A stretch of DNA of 64,000 nucleotides, from assembly GCA_028689775.1 (NCBI GenBank), contig JAQVCM010000011.1:87077-151076 (forward strand). Reading direction: 5' to 3'. Source of the DNA: Crocinitomicaceae bacterium (lineage in GTDB: Bacteria > Bacteroidota > Bacteroidia > Flavobacteriales_D > Crocinitomicaceae). The position numbers and the translations under genes were made by a program. Of this stretch, positions 1 through 9,891 are shown one piece after another. Position 1 is the stretch's first letter. Each line of letters opens with the position of its first letter. The notes beneath the pieces were generated by a model. The model did not search any database. It saw only the letters and a program-made list of their open reading frames with translations, and had not been told where the DNA came from.

Positions 1-398
1 GAATCAGTGATTCAAAATCCGGTACATTTCAATTCTATTTACCAACTAATCCAAGAGCAGTTTCTGGAAGTTTGGTCGAAAGCGAAGTGGTAGATACCAA
101 CAATGCAATTGACGTTGAGATGAAAACCTTCGACGACATGGTCGCGCAATTAGGTCACAAACACATCGATGTTTTGAAAATGGACATCGAAGGTTCTGAA
201 TACGCTGTACTTGAAAAAATCCTAGAATCTGATGTTACGATCGACCAAATGTTGATTGAATTTCACGACAGACTTTACGATGAGGAAAACTATAAATCAA
301 AAGACATTGTAGCTAAAATGAAAGCAAAAGGATACGAAATATTCGCTTTTTCAAGTAGTTATGAAGAGATTTCATTTATTCATAAAAGTAAATTGTAG
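1..398 (+). CDS. FkbM-family methyltransferase, C-terminal part; the reading frame is open to the window start, so the gene is 5'-truncated
   Basis: The LKMDIEGSEYAVLE motif is typical of the FkbM methyltransferase domain. The frame has no stop upstream of 72. Confidence 0.55.
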   Translation, partial: ISDSKSGTFQFYLPTNPRAVSGSLVESEVVDTNNAIDVEMKTFDDMVAQLGHKHIDVLKMDIEGSEYAVLEKILESDVTIDQMLIEFHDRLYDEENYKSKDIVAKMKAKGYEIFAFSSSYEEISFIHKSKL

Positions 399-428
399 TT
401 GGTACTCACTTAAAAAAAACACACTAAT

Positions 429-1025
429 TTGTCATTCTTCACCGACCTATTCGAACCATTTAGACGCCCAAATCCAAGAATAATGTGGGAACAATTTGCT
501 GCGGAACAAAATGGTCAATATGTCATTGGTCACTACGACATTCCAAATAGCGTTGAAGTTCCATACCGAGATCACACCATTATGTTTGATCGCTTTATTT
601 ACCGAGTTGCAGGCGGAGACGTTCGAGATGTAGCCTACACCAGAATTCGAATGGAATTGAAATCACCAAACGATTTTCGTTTTAAAGTGGTGAATCAAGG
701 ATTTATCAATACCATTGGTAAATTCTTGGGATTTCAGGACATCAAAATCGACAACAAAGAGTTTGACAGTCGATTCATGATACAAGGTAATGACGTAAAC
801 CGAATAAAAAATCTTTTTTCAGACCAAGATTTGCGCTACTACATTCTAAAACAAGAAGATGTACAACTTCAATTGATGTACCAAGAAGGTGTTTTTTATG
901 AACCAATTCAAGAAGGCAACGGAATGATTCACTATCTTTCAGAAATACGTCCTAAAAAAGTCGAGGATTTGAACGATTTATTGAAAATGTATCAACTTCT
1001 TTTAGACAAAATATTGATTTCATGA
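429..1025 (+). CDS. hypothetical protein
   Basis: Clean 198-aa ORF packed tightly with its neighbours. No motif recognised. Confidence 0.4.
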   Translation: MSFFTDLFEPFRRPNPRIMWEQFAAEQNGQYVIGHYDIPNSVEVPYRDHTIMFDRFIYRVAGGDVRDVAYTRIRMELKSPNDFRFKVVNQGFINTIGKFLGFQDIKIDNKEFDSRFMIQGNDVNRIKNLFSDQDLRYYILKQEDVQLQLMYQEGVFYEPIQEGNGMIHYLSEIRPKKVEDLNDLLKMYQLLLDKILIS

Positions 1026-1423
1026 GGTATTTAATATTAATTATTTTCGTTTTAAGTTCTGCAATTTCCTTTTCTCAAATGGACGATAAAGGGACGATTA
1101 AAATGGCATTTAAGCTGGAAGACGTCAACAAAAGTTTTGAAGATATCATTACAATCACCTACTACCACGTTGAGAAAAGGAATACGATTACCGATATTTT
1201 TCTTTTAAAGGCTGGTGAAAAAATTCCCTACAGACTTTTTGAAGTTGGTAAGTATACCATCGAAGTTTCAGGAAATAAAATTCCAGGCTTCATAATTACC
1301 GGTGTTCCTGTAAGAGCGAATATTATTACCATCATCGATGATATAAATCTGAATGATTATCCTGATAAAAATGCGACGATTCACATACAATATAAATCGC
1401 CAACAGGTGATGGTTGTGGTTAA
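1022..1423 (+). CDS. small secreted hypothetical protein (paralog 1)
   Basis: N-terminal signal peptide. Shares an FSQ..GTIKM.F motif with the next ORF. Start overlaps the upstream stop (ATGA). Confidence 0.4.
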   Translation: MRYLILIIFVLSSAISFSQMDDKGTIKMAFKLEDVNKSFEDIITITYYHVEKRNTITDIFLLKAGEKIPYRLFEVGKYTIEVSGNKIPGFIITGVPVRANIITIIDDINLNDYPDKNATIHIQYKSPTGDGCG

Positions 1424-1440
1424 ACTAAAAAATCGACAAC

Positions 1441-1836
1441 ATGAGATTCCTGTTTTCAATCTTCTTACTTTTAAATGCTGGGCTTTCCTTTTCTCAGGAA
1501 CAAGCGTTTGGCACAATTAAAATGACATTTGAATCCGCTGAAATGGATGTAAACAAAGCAGATACGGTTATAATCACGTATATCAATCGCGACAGCAAAA
1601 TTTCAATGACCGATTCCTTGTACTTAAAATCAAGTGATTTAATTCAATGGAAAAAAATGGAGGCAGGAAATTACGACATGCATTTAAGCAGTGGTAAATC
1701 ATTTAATTACACGATTCAAGGCGTTCTTGTTTCAGAAGGGAAAATTACGTTTTTAGATAAAATAAGCTTAGACCATGTTCCCGTTGAAAATCCGAGGAAG
1801 ATCATTAGATGTCATTTTAATATCAACAAAGATTAA
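1441..1836 (+). CDS. small secreted hypothetical protein (paralog 2)
   Basis: Signal peptide. Similar in sequence and length to the 1022-1423 ORF. Confidence 0.4.
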   Translation: MRFLFSIFLLLNAGLSFSQEQAFGTIKMTFESAEMDVNKADTVIITYINRDSKISMTDSLYLKSSDLIQWKKMEAGNYDMHLSSGKSFNYTIQGVLVSEGKITFLDKISLDHVPVENPRKIIRCHFNINKD

Positions 1837-2035
1837 TTTCCAACAACATCGCGCAGATCCGATAAAAAGATTCTACAATGAGTCCGAAGATTTTTCGATG
1901 CAAAAAAGGATCATCGAACTGCCACGTACGATTGGTTATTGCTTTTTTTTAATTTTTGTAGAACCGCAATTTATTTTTGATTACTTTTAGACGATAAATG
2001 ATAGACCTACAGAAATCAAACCAACACCAATCTCT

Positions 2036-2422
2036 ATGAAAACAGTACTTATTGCCATTCTAATCAGTCTTACCAGCTTTGCATTTGGACAGACTGCTGA
2101 CTGTAAACGATTTAAAGAAGGAAAATTTGTCATTCCAAATGCAGAATACGGTAATTCCTATTTGGAAAGAAAAGGAAATATTCAAACTGAAATTGGTGAA
2201 AAATCAGGATTTAAAGCGACTTTCAAAGTGAAATGGATTGACGAGTGTACGTATACACTTCAGCTGAAAAAAATAATTAATAATCCAGATGAAATTGTAT
2301 TTGACAAAGCAACAATCATCACGGTTAAAATTCTGGAAGTAAAGAAAAATTCTTACATTCAAAGGTCCACTTCCAATACGTTCGATACGGTATTTGAAGG
2401 AGAAATATTTGTAAATGACTAA
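2036..2422 (+). CDS. secreted hypothetical protein
   Basis: Signal peptide ending AFGQ. 128 aa. Confidence 0.4.
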   Translation: MKTVLIAILISLTSFAFGQTADCKRFKEGKFVIPNAEYGNSYLERKGNIQTEIGEKSGFKATFKVKWIDECTYTLQLKKIINNPDEIVFDKATIITVKILEVKKNSYIQRSTSNTFDTVFEGEIFVND

Positions 2423-2924
2423 AACAAGACGCACTCATATCGTATTATTCAACGCACTGATCATCGTCAGTTGTGTTTTCAGTTCTTGTAATTCCAATAA
2501 AAACAAGGTTGATATTTCTGAGTTCAATGTCACTAAAAATGCATTAGCAAATCAAGAAGAAGTACTTGTGTTAGCTTGTTCTGAAAATCCAGAAAACGGA
2601 AAGGAAGATTATTTGATTCACATGTTGGTGCAATCGGTAAAAACCGGAGATACCGTCAATGTTCTTTTCCATGGTCCGCGCGAGGTTTATGGTCAAGAAA
2701 TTAAATCCTTCATTGCTCCAGATGATATTTTTTTTAAAGCAAATAGAGCAGCTGATTTTGACATCCAAGCTTTCAAACAAGTTTACAGCAATCCAGAATT
2801 TATTCCTACTGATTGGAGAAAGTATCCGAGTATTCTTGGAGATGTTACAACGCTATACGACACCAATGAAAAATCTACTGATGAATTAATTGATGGCGCA
2901 TTAGAATACATGCAACATAATTAG
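2415..2924 (+). CDS. hypothetical lipoprotein
   Basis: Signal peptide with lipobox-like VSCVFSSC. Overlaps the upstream gene by 8 nt. Confidence 0.4.
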   Translation: MTKTRRTHIVLFNALIIVSCVFSSCNSNKNKVDISEFNVTKNALANQEEVLVLACSENPENGKEDYLIHMLVQSVKTGDTVNVLFHGPREVYGQEIKSFIAPDDIFFKANRAADFDIQAFKQVYSNPEFIPTDWRKYPSILGDVTTLYDTNEKSTDELIDGALEYMQHN

Positions 2925-2926
2925 CA

Positions 2927-3514
2927 ATGAGAAAAAAGCTATCTTATGTACTTGTAAGCATTCAGTTTTTGGCTCTGTTTGCTTTCATTTTCAACATATT
3001 TTTATCTTTCCAGAATTCGAAATTTGAAGGCGAACTTCCCATAACTGCCATTCAAGATATTCAAGAAAAAAATGATAAAATTTACATCGGACTTGGTGCA
3101 TATAAACGGATCCAAGTTTATGATTTGAATGGAAAATATCTGAACTATATCCAGACCAGCAACTTTGTAAAAGATTTTGATTTCTCCATTGATCAGGATG
3201 GAAACGCAACGATCCACGTCATTTATAAACGAGCTGGTTTTCCGAAAAAATTCCCACAACTCAATGGCGATCGCTATTTAAAAGTGAGTCAATTTCCCTT
3301 AAAAATAAACAAGATTGATAAAAACGGCGAACACGAGATTATTCAACAACCAATGCACATGTCTTTTTGGGGCGGAACATTTACTCCTTGGGTGATTGGT
3401 GCGATCTGTGCCTTTCTATTTTTATTGCTTAACAGCGTAATTCTAATGGAAACTTTTGGTTCAAACATTCCAAAAAACGAAAAGGTGAAATCTGCTTTGA
3501 GAAAGATTTTTTAA
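2927..3514 (+). CDS. membrane protein, hypothetical
   Basis: N-terminal and C-terminal hydrophobic segments. 195 aa. Confidence 0.4.
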   Translation: MRKKLSYVLVSIQFLALFAFIFNIFLSFQNSKFEGELPITAIQDIQEKNDKIYIGLGAYKRIQVYDLNGKYLNYIQTSNFVKDFDFSIDQDGNATIHVIYKRAGFPKKFPQLNGDRYLKVSQFPLKINKIDKNGEHEIIQQPMHMSFWGGTFTPWVIGAICAFLFLLLNSVILMETFGSNIPKNEKVKSALRKIF

Positions 3515-3553
3515 ACCGTGCGATCGAAAAAAATCCGACCGCACGGTTCATTA
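3515..3553. terminator. bidirectional rho-independent terminator between convergent genes
   Basis: Inverted repeat ccgtgcg...cgcacgg flanked by A/T runs, lying between the 2927-3514 (+) gene and nrdA (-). Confidence 0.45.
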
Positions 3554-3557
3554 CATT

Positions 3558-5228
3558 TTAAGCTTCACAACTACTACAGCTCACCAAATTGGTCACCATT
3601 TCTTTGGAAACACTTTGACTGCGTTGGTAATAAAGTGTTTTCACACCCAAAGTCCAAGCTTCAATGATTAATTTATTTACTTCTTTAATCGGAAGTAAGG
3701 ATGGAATATTCAAATTCAAACTTTGTGCTTGATCAATGAATTTCTGGCGTATTGCAGCTTGTTGAATAATTTCCAACTGACTGATTTCCTTAAACGTTTT
3801 GAAAACAGCTTTTTCGTTTTCGTCCAATTCATCCAAATGTTGCACACTTCCATTTTGAAGCATGATGCTTCTCCACGTATCTTCGTTATCGATTCCTTTT
3901 GCTTCTAAAAGAATTTTCAAATATTTATTCTTGCGCATAAAGTTTCCTTTCGCAAGTCCAGCTTTGAAATAGTTACTACTGAAAGGTTCAATTCCTGGCG
4001 ATGTTTGTCCTAAAATAGCAGAAGAAGATGTTGTTGGTGCAATCGCCATCAAGGTCGTATTGCGTCTTCCGTATCCTTTCAAAATCTCAGGTTCACCGTA
4101 AATCAAGGCTAATTCTTTGGTTGCTTTTTCAGATTTCTCTTCTAGGTATTTAAAGATTTCAGATGTCAACATTTTTGCCTCCATTCCTTCAAAAGGAATC
4201 ATCTTTTTCTGTAAAAGTGAATGCCATCCAAGAACTCCTAAACCTAAAGCTCGGTGTCTTTTTGCAAATTTATTAGCAGAAGCCAAGTAATAATTCCCTT
4301 CTGTTTTTTCGATGAATTCCTGCAAAACTGCATCTAAGAAAAATATGGCCAATTTAACAGCTTCCGTGTCTTTCCATTCGTCGTACAATTCCAAGTTCAT
4401 GGAAGAAAGACAACAGATAAAAGACTCGTCAATCGAAGAAGGCAAAGCAATTTCTGAACACAAATTACTTGAATTGATTGGCATGTTCAAATCCTTGTAA
4501 ACTTGCGGTTTATTTTTATTTACATTGTCTGTAAAGAAAATATACGGCAATCCTTTTTGCTGACGACTTTCTAAAACTTTCGCCCATAATTTTCGTTTAT
4601 CCGCATCACCATCAATCATTTCCTGCATCCAGTAATCAGAAACATTGACTCCGAAAAACAAATTTTGGATTGGACTTCCGATGTCTTTGATGTTCAAAAA
4701 CTCTTCTGCATCTGGGTGATCAATGTCCAAGTAAGCAGCAAATGCTCCTCTACGAACGCCACCTTGAGAAATGGTATCCATCGCCGTATCAAAAAGTTTC
4801 ATGAAACTCACCGCTCCACTACTCTTTCCATTGTCAGAAACTGCACTTCCTCGTTCTCTCAAATCTCCGAAATAACCAGAAGTTCCACCACCAATTTTGG
4901 TTTGCATGATCACTTCACCCAATTTGTGGGTAATGTGTTCGATGCTATCTGGAACGTGCACGTTGAAACAAGAAATTGGCAATCCTCGCTCCGTTCCCAT
5001 GTTGGCCCAGATTGGTGAACTCAAGCTCATCCAACCTCTTTCTATCATTTCCTGAAAAGCTTCTTTCAATTCAGGTTTGTATAATCTTCTTGCTGCAGCA
5101 GTTGTAATTCGATCAATTGCGCCTTCAACAGTTTCTCCTTTCAATAAATATCCTCTATTCAGGATTTGCTCACTTTCGGAGTTTTTCCACCACAATTTCT
5201 CTCTTTGTTCTGTCTCTATAAATTCCAT
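3558..5228 (-). CDS. nrdA: ribonucleoside-diphosphate reductase large subunit, class I, without an ATP-cone
   Basis: Active-site NLCSEIALPS motif and C-terminal CSSC cysteine pair. It is adjacent to nrdB. The N-terminus lacks the ATP-cone motif. Confidence 0.9.
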   Translation of the reverse strand: MEFIETEQREKLWWKNSESEQILNRGYLLKGETVEGAIDRITTAAARRLYKPELKEAFQEMIERGWMSLSSPIWANMGTERGLPISCFNVHVPDSIEHITHKLGEVIMQTKIGGGTSGYFGDLRERGSAVSDNGKSSGAVSFMKLFDTAMDTISQGGVRRGAFAAYLDIDHPDAEEFLNIKDIGSPIQNLFFGVNVSDYWMQEMIDGDADKRKLWAKVLESRQQKGLPYIFFTDNVNKNKPQVYKDLNMPINSSNLCSEIALPSSIDESFICCLSSMNLELYDEWKDTEAVKLAIFFLDAVLQEFIEKTEGNYYLASANKFAKRHRALGLGVLGWHSLLQKKMIPFEGMEAKMLTSEIFKYLEEKSEKATKELALIYGEPEILKGYGRRNTTLMAIAPTTSSSAILGQTSPGIEPFSSNYFKAGLAKGNFMRKNKYLKILLEAKGIDNEDTWRSIMLQNGSVQHLDELDENEKAVFKTFKEISQLEIIQQAAIRQKFIDQAQSLNLNIPSLLPIKEVNKLIIEAWTLGVKTLYYQRSQSVSKEMVTNLVSCSSCEA

Positions 5229-5287
5229 GTTCTATTTTCTCAAGGATGTTGTTGTTGTTCTTGCTGATGTTCTTGCTGATTTGCCGA

Positions 5288-6262
5288 CTAGAATAAATCG
5301 TCAGCCGTAATGCTTTTGTCGTGTTTAGTATATTCTACGGGTCTTTTCGCAAAGAAATCGTCCAAACTATTGGCAAAAACTTCTTCTTCAAACCAAGCCA
5401 TCGGTCTGTATTCTTCCATCGTGGTGTTAAAAATCTTATCGAATCCAATTTGCAGTAAACTTTCATCCACTCTAAATTTCATGAAATTCAACAAGTCTGT
5501 TTTATTGATGATGTCCAAATCTCCTTCAATGAAAATCCAGTCTAAAATATTTTTCTCTACATCCAACGAATGTTTTACGGTATTGCGAATCATTTCAATG
5601 GTTTCTTCATCAAAAAAGTCTGGATTTTCTTCTCTAATTTTATTGATGATGTAAATTCCACCGTTTGCATGAATCTGTTCGTCCACAGAAGTCCAAGCGA
5701 TGATGTTACTCACATTCTTCATGTACCCTTTGAATCTCGTAAAAGATAAAATGATTGCAAATTGACTGAAGAGTGAAACGTTTTCGATCAAAATGGTAAA
5801 CAAAATCAGCGAAACGACATATTCTTTTCGGTTATCCGATTTCGTGTTTTGCAATACTTCTGATAGGTAATCTACACGTTCCTTAATGACTGGAATCGAC
5901 ATCAAATTTTGGAACTCGTTGTTGTAGCCCAATACTTCAACCAATTTGGAATAAGCTTCCGAATGCCGGAATTCACATTCCGCAAACGTACTTCCCAAGC
6001 CGTTGAATTCTGGTTTTGGAAAATGATCGTATAAATTTCCCCAAAATGATTTCACAGCCACTTCCACTTGTGCAATTGCCAACAAACTGTTCTTAATTGC
6101 CGAACGTTCTGCAGCGTTTAAATGTGAATGAAAATCTTGCGTATCTGCCGTAAAATCGACTTCACTGTGAACCCAGAAGGACTTATTGATTGCTTCCGTA
6201 AATTTTAATATCTCTGGATATTCAAAAGGTTTGTAATTTATTCTCTTGTCAAAAATTCCCAT
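5288..6262 (-). CDS. nrdB: ribonucleoside-diphosphate reductase small subunit
   Basis: Ferritin-like di-metal ligands (EFRH and DEQIH ExxH motifs). A Tyr sits four residues after the first His, at the radical position. Confidence 0.9.
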   Translation of the reverse strand: MGIFDKRINYKPFEYPEILKFTEAINKSFWVHSEVDFTADTQDFHSHLNAAERSAIKNSLLAIAQVEVAVKSFWGNLYDHFPKPEFNGLGSTFAECEFRHSEAYSKLVEVLGYNNEFQNLMSIPVIKERVDYLSEVLQNTKSDNRKEYVVSLILFTILIENVSLFSQFAIILSFTRFKGYMKNVSNIIAWTSVDEQIHANGGIYIINKIREENPDFFDEETIEMIRNTVKHSLDVEKNILDWIFIEGDLDIINKTDLLNFMKFRVDESLLQIGFDKIFNTTMEEYRPMAWFEEEVFANSLDDFFAKRPVEYTKHDKSITADDLF

Positions 6263-7010
6263 TATTGAAATGTTATTAAGTTATCTATTCGTTCTAAAAT
6301 ATTTCAAAGGCCTCTAAATTTGTTTTTTAAAGGTCAAGCGATATCCTCATTTTAAAGTCATTCTTGTCTAACTGCGTTGCTTGCTTCGCAGGTGTGTCAA
6401 ATTCTGTAATGACTTATTTCACAGTTTAATACATTCGTGAGAAAAAAGGTTGCAGCTTTCGATTCACAAAATGAACTTTCAGCAAATTGCAAAAACTGCA
6501 CAACTCTTACTTCTTTCGCGAAAGTATAAGTCATATCAGAAAAGGTAGGTCTCCTGGCTCATGTCTCTTTTTCCGTCTTCCCATTCGTTCTTGGACGATC
6601 AGTGACGTATTGAAAAAAGATAAGGACATCTACAGTTGCGCGACAGCTTGTGATTTGAACACAATTCCCTATTTAATTTCCTTCAAAATCAAACACCATT
6701 TTCCTTCTTATGATAAAATATCTAAGTGTCAAAATTAGTCAAATAAACAGCGATTTTTTCGGCATCGCATGAATAGTTATTGACAAAAGTAGTTTGATTT
6801 AGAACATAGATAGTCATTCGCTTTACCCTCATTATTTTAAGTTTTCAACATTCGCAAGATTGATTTTTATTTTTTATAGTGAGAATGGATTCGGGAATAC
6901 GCAGCTAAAAAAAAATGCCTGAGATTTAAAAAAATCTTGTACTTTTAATGCGTTGAATGTTCGCTTTAATCTCACTTTTACAATCGAACCCAAGTTATTA
7001 AAATACTTCT

Positions 7011-7649
7011 ATGAAGCAACTCCTTACTTCACTTCTATTATTGGTAAGCACTTTTTTCTCATTTGCGCAAGAAGCATTTGAAGCTGAAAAATTTAAAGCG
7101 GCATTGTTTCGAACCAAAACAGGCGCAAAGTTAGTTTATAATGGAGAAATGCATTCGTTCACACTTCAGCTCGAGGGAAAAATTGAACCCACTGAAGCGG
7201 CAAACTTTTTAACGCTCAACAACAATATTCTTCAAATTATGCATGTTCCATTCATGTCAAAGCAGGATTTTGAGAACATGTCAATCGAAAGTCAAAAGAA
7301 AAATTTACTTGGACACATGCGATACGAGTTGGATTATTTTAAAGAAATACTCAAAACTAAAAACCTCAAAGAAACAGCTGAATTTGTAACAATCAACGAC
7401 AAACTTTTTCTCTATTGGACCTATCAAATGCCAAAAATGAAGAATAAATCAGATCAGAAATCCGTTGAAAAACAAGCTTATTGGACGACCGTTTGCTTTG
7501 ATCAAATCTTAATCATCAACAGACCTCTTCAAAAAGTGAAAGAAACAGAGGACGCAAAAGAAGAAATAATTAAGATCGCAAAAACATTGGTTTTAAATGA
7601 CTTTCCGATAGATCTTGAAAATCTTTACAATGAACTTAATAAAGAATAA
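7011..7649 (+). CDS. secreted hypothetical protein
   Basis: Signal peptide ending FSFAQE. 212 aa. Confidence 0.4.
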   Translation: MKQLLTSLLLLVSTFFSFAQEAFEAEKFKAALFRTKTGAKLVYNGEMHSFTLQLEGKIEPTEAANFLTLNNNILQIMHVPFMSKQDFENMSIESQKKNLLGHMRYELDYFKEILKTKNLKETAEFVTINDKLFLYWTYQMPKMKNKSDQKSVEKQAYWTTVCFDQILIINRPLQKVKETEDAKEEIIKIAKTLVLNDFPIDLENLYNELNKE

Positions 7650-7655
7650 AAATCC

Positions 7656-8393
7656 ATGAAAAATTACCTACTCATTTTAATTGCCACGTTTAGTTTTCAA
7701 ATAAGCGCTCAGCATCTACCTAAAAAATACAACGACTTTTATAACGACCTGCTATTTTCTGAACCCAAAGTCAGATCTAAAAAGTTAGATAAAGCCATCA
7801 AAAAAGAACCAAACGAACCTTGGTACTATTGGATGATGGCGAGCTTTCAATCCATCGTTGGAAAAGAAGCAGAAGCCGTAAAAAGTTATGAAAAAGCGAT
7901 CGCACTTGACCCGAACTTTTCAGCTGGACATGGAAGTTTAGCGCGTCAGCTATACACTGGTGAAATTCCGCAGTACGATAAAGCGTTGGTGCACATCAAC
8001 AAAGCCATTCAACTGGATCCTAGTGAAGGATATTACTTCATTGATCGCGGAAACATTTATTTAGCAATGAAGGACTACGATCGTGCCATGCAAAATGCGA
8101 ACTTAGCCTCTAAAAACCAAGCAGATGAAATTGAAGTTGCTCGTTTGAAAATTGAAATACTTCACCAATCAGGTCAAAAAGAAGCGCTTTATCAATTCGT
8201 TAAAGAAAATGATTTATCAGAAGAAGGAACCAGTTTTGGAACAGATTTTATGTTGAAATTAGCATCTGTTTATGAAGAGATGGGAGAAAAAGACAAAGCG
8301 TGTCAATTATACCGATACGCAGTAGAATCCTTCATGATCTTTGATGGAAAAATCCCTGAACACATTACTGAGGAGCTACAAAAGTGTGAATAA
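7656..8393 (+). CDS. TPR-repeat protein, secreted
   Basis: Signal peptide. Repeated A..Y..A..LDPN TPR-like units. Confidence 0.55.
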   Translation: MKNYLLILIATFSFQISAQHLPKKYNDFYNDLLFSEPKVRSKKLDKAIKKEPNEPWYYWMMASFQSIVGKEAEAVKSYEKAIALDPNFSAGHGSLARQLYTGEIPQYDKALVHINKAIQLDPSEGYYFIDRGNIYLAMKDYDRAMQNANLASKNQADEIEVARLKIEILHQSGQKEALYQFVKENDLSEEGTSFGTDFMLKLASVYEEMGEKDKACQLYRYAVESFMIFDGKIPEHITEELQKCE

Positions 8394-8417
8394 TTAAACC
8401 TTAAACGATTTCAAATT

Positions 8418-9134
8418 ATGTACAAGATATCTTTCACATTTCTCTTCCTGTCGCTAGCAATCAGTTCGTTTGCTGCGAAAACATACACCTTGACTTTGAC
8501 TGTAAAAGACAAAACTACTTTACAAGCAATGTCTTTAGCACAAGTTTCGATTTACACTTCTAGTGGAAAAATAGACCTTGGCAAAACAGATGCAAATGGA
8601 AAAATTGAAATTCCGGAACTGGGAGAAAAGAAAATAGATGTATTTGTTGAAGCTCAAGACAGCCGATATCAAACTGTGAGAGAAACTTTTTATAATTCGA
8701 AAAAAGAAAACATCGCTCGTGAAATTGTGATGCAATTTACCTATGAGGAACAAATAAAGATTTACGATGCGCTGGATGAGAAATACAACGATCCAAACGA
8801 ACCCTTTATTAGCGATCTGAAAGATGTCGATACATCAGAATTTAAAGATGCGGAATTTATTGAAGGAAGAGCTGCAATGATGAAGTTTTTGGCAAAGAAC
8901 ATAAAATATCCTGACGACTGTGTAAGAGCTGGGATTGAAGGAAAAGTGTACCTCGAGTTTTTCATTCAAAAAGATGGTAGAATTACGAATGTGAAAGCAA
9001 CAAAGCGAGTGCACACAAGTCTAGATCTTGAAGCATTGGTCGTTGTTCGAAATATGCCTAAATTCAGTCCTGCAACCTTAAAAGGAGAACCGATTAAGCA
9101 AATCTTTCGTTTGACAATTAATTTTAAAATGTAA
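8418..9134 (+). CDS. TonB C-terminal-domain protein, secreted (tandem copy 1)
   Basis: Signal peptide. The C-terminal ~90 aa match TonB_C (KYPDDCVRAGIEGKVYLEFFIQKDGRITNVKA...). The N-terminal half is a beta-rich domain. Confidence 0.6.
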   Translation: MYKISFTFLFLSLAISSFAAKTYTLTLTVKDKTTLQAMSLAQVSIYTSSGKIDLGKTDANGKIEIPELGEKKIDVFVEAQDSRYQTVRETFYNSKKENIAREIVMQFTYEEQIKIYDALDEKYNDPNEPFISDLKDVDTSEFKDAEFIEGRAAMMKFLAKNIKYPDDCVRAGIEGKVYLEFFIQKDGRITNVKATKRVHTSLDLEALVVVRNMPKFSPATLKGEPIKQIFRLTINFKM

Positions 9135-9145
9135 TAGATAAATCT

Positions 9146-9871
9146 ATGAAAATGAAAAAAACCTCCATTTTATTCCTCTTCCTCTCGTTTGCAATGGTTT
9201 CATTTGCAGCGAAAACGTACACCTTGACCTTGATTGTAAAAGACCAAGCAACGCTACAACCAATGCCTTTAGCACAGATTTCGATTTACACTTCTAGTGG
9301 AAAAATTGACCTTGGCAAAACAGATGCAAATGGAAAAATTGAAATTCCGGAACTGGGAGAAAAGAAAATAGTTGTATTTGTTGAAGCTCAAGACAGCCGA
9401 TATCAAACTGCGAGAGAAACCTTTTTTAATTCGAAAAAAGAAAACATCGCTCGTGTAATTGTGATGCAATTTACCTACGAAGAACAAATAAAGATTTACG
9501 ATGCAATCGATGAGGAATACAACGATCCAAACGAACCATTTATTAGCGACCTGAAAGATGTAGACACATCAGAATTTAAAGATGCGGAATTTATTGAAGG
9601 AAGACATGCAATGATGAAGTTTCTGGCTATCAACATAAAATATCCTGAAGTCTGTATATTGGAAGGAATTCAGGGAAAAGTATATCTCGAGTTTTTCATT
9701 CAAAAAGATGGTAGAATCACAAATGTGAAAGCAATAAGGCAAGTGCACCCGAGTATAGACCTTGAAGCGATTCGCGTGGTAAGAAATATGCCTAAATTCA
9801 GTCCTGCAACCTTGAAAGGAGAACCGATTAAGCAAATGTTTCGTTTGCCAGTTAACTTTCTATTACATTAA
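9146..9871 (+). CDS. TonB C-terminal-domain protein, secreted (tandem copy 2)
   Basis: About 90% nucleotide identity to copy 1 over long stretches, with the same domain layout. Confidence 0.6.
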   Translation: MKMKKTSILFLFLSFAMVSFAAKTYTLTLIVKDQATLQPMPLAQISIYTSSGKIDLGKTDANGKIEIPELGEKKIVVFVEAQDSRYQTARETFFNSKKENIARVIVMQFTYEEQIKIYDAIDEEYNDPNEPFISDLKDVDTSEFKDAEFIEGRHAMMKFLAINIKYPEVCILEGIQGKVYLEFFIQKDGRITNVKAIRQVHPSIDLEAIRVVRNMPKFSPATLKGEPIKQMFRLPVNFLLH

Positions 9872-9891
9872 ATAATTTTATAAAAATAAAA

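Noticed and set aside
4665-5018. 117-aa + strand ORF inside nrdA, and similar antisense ORFs such as 3723-3908, 5310-5654, 48082-48447 and 32502-33280
   Set aside because: They lie fully within well-supported genes on the opposite strand and have no independent signal. They are antisense artefacts of long ORFs.
6487-6738. 83-aa ORF in the nrdB upstream region
   Set aside because: Cys/Arg/Ser-rich composition unlike the rest of the proteome, with no start context. It is treated as noncoding.
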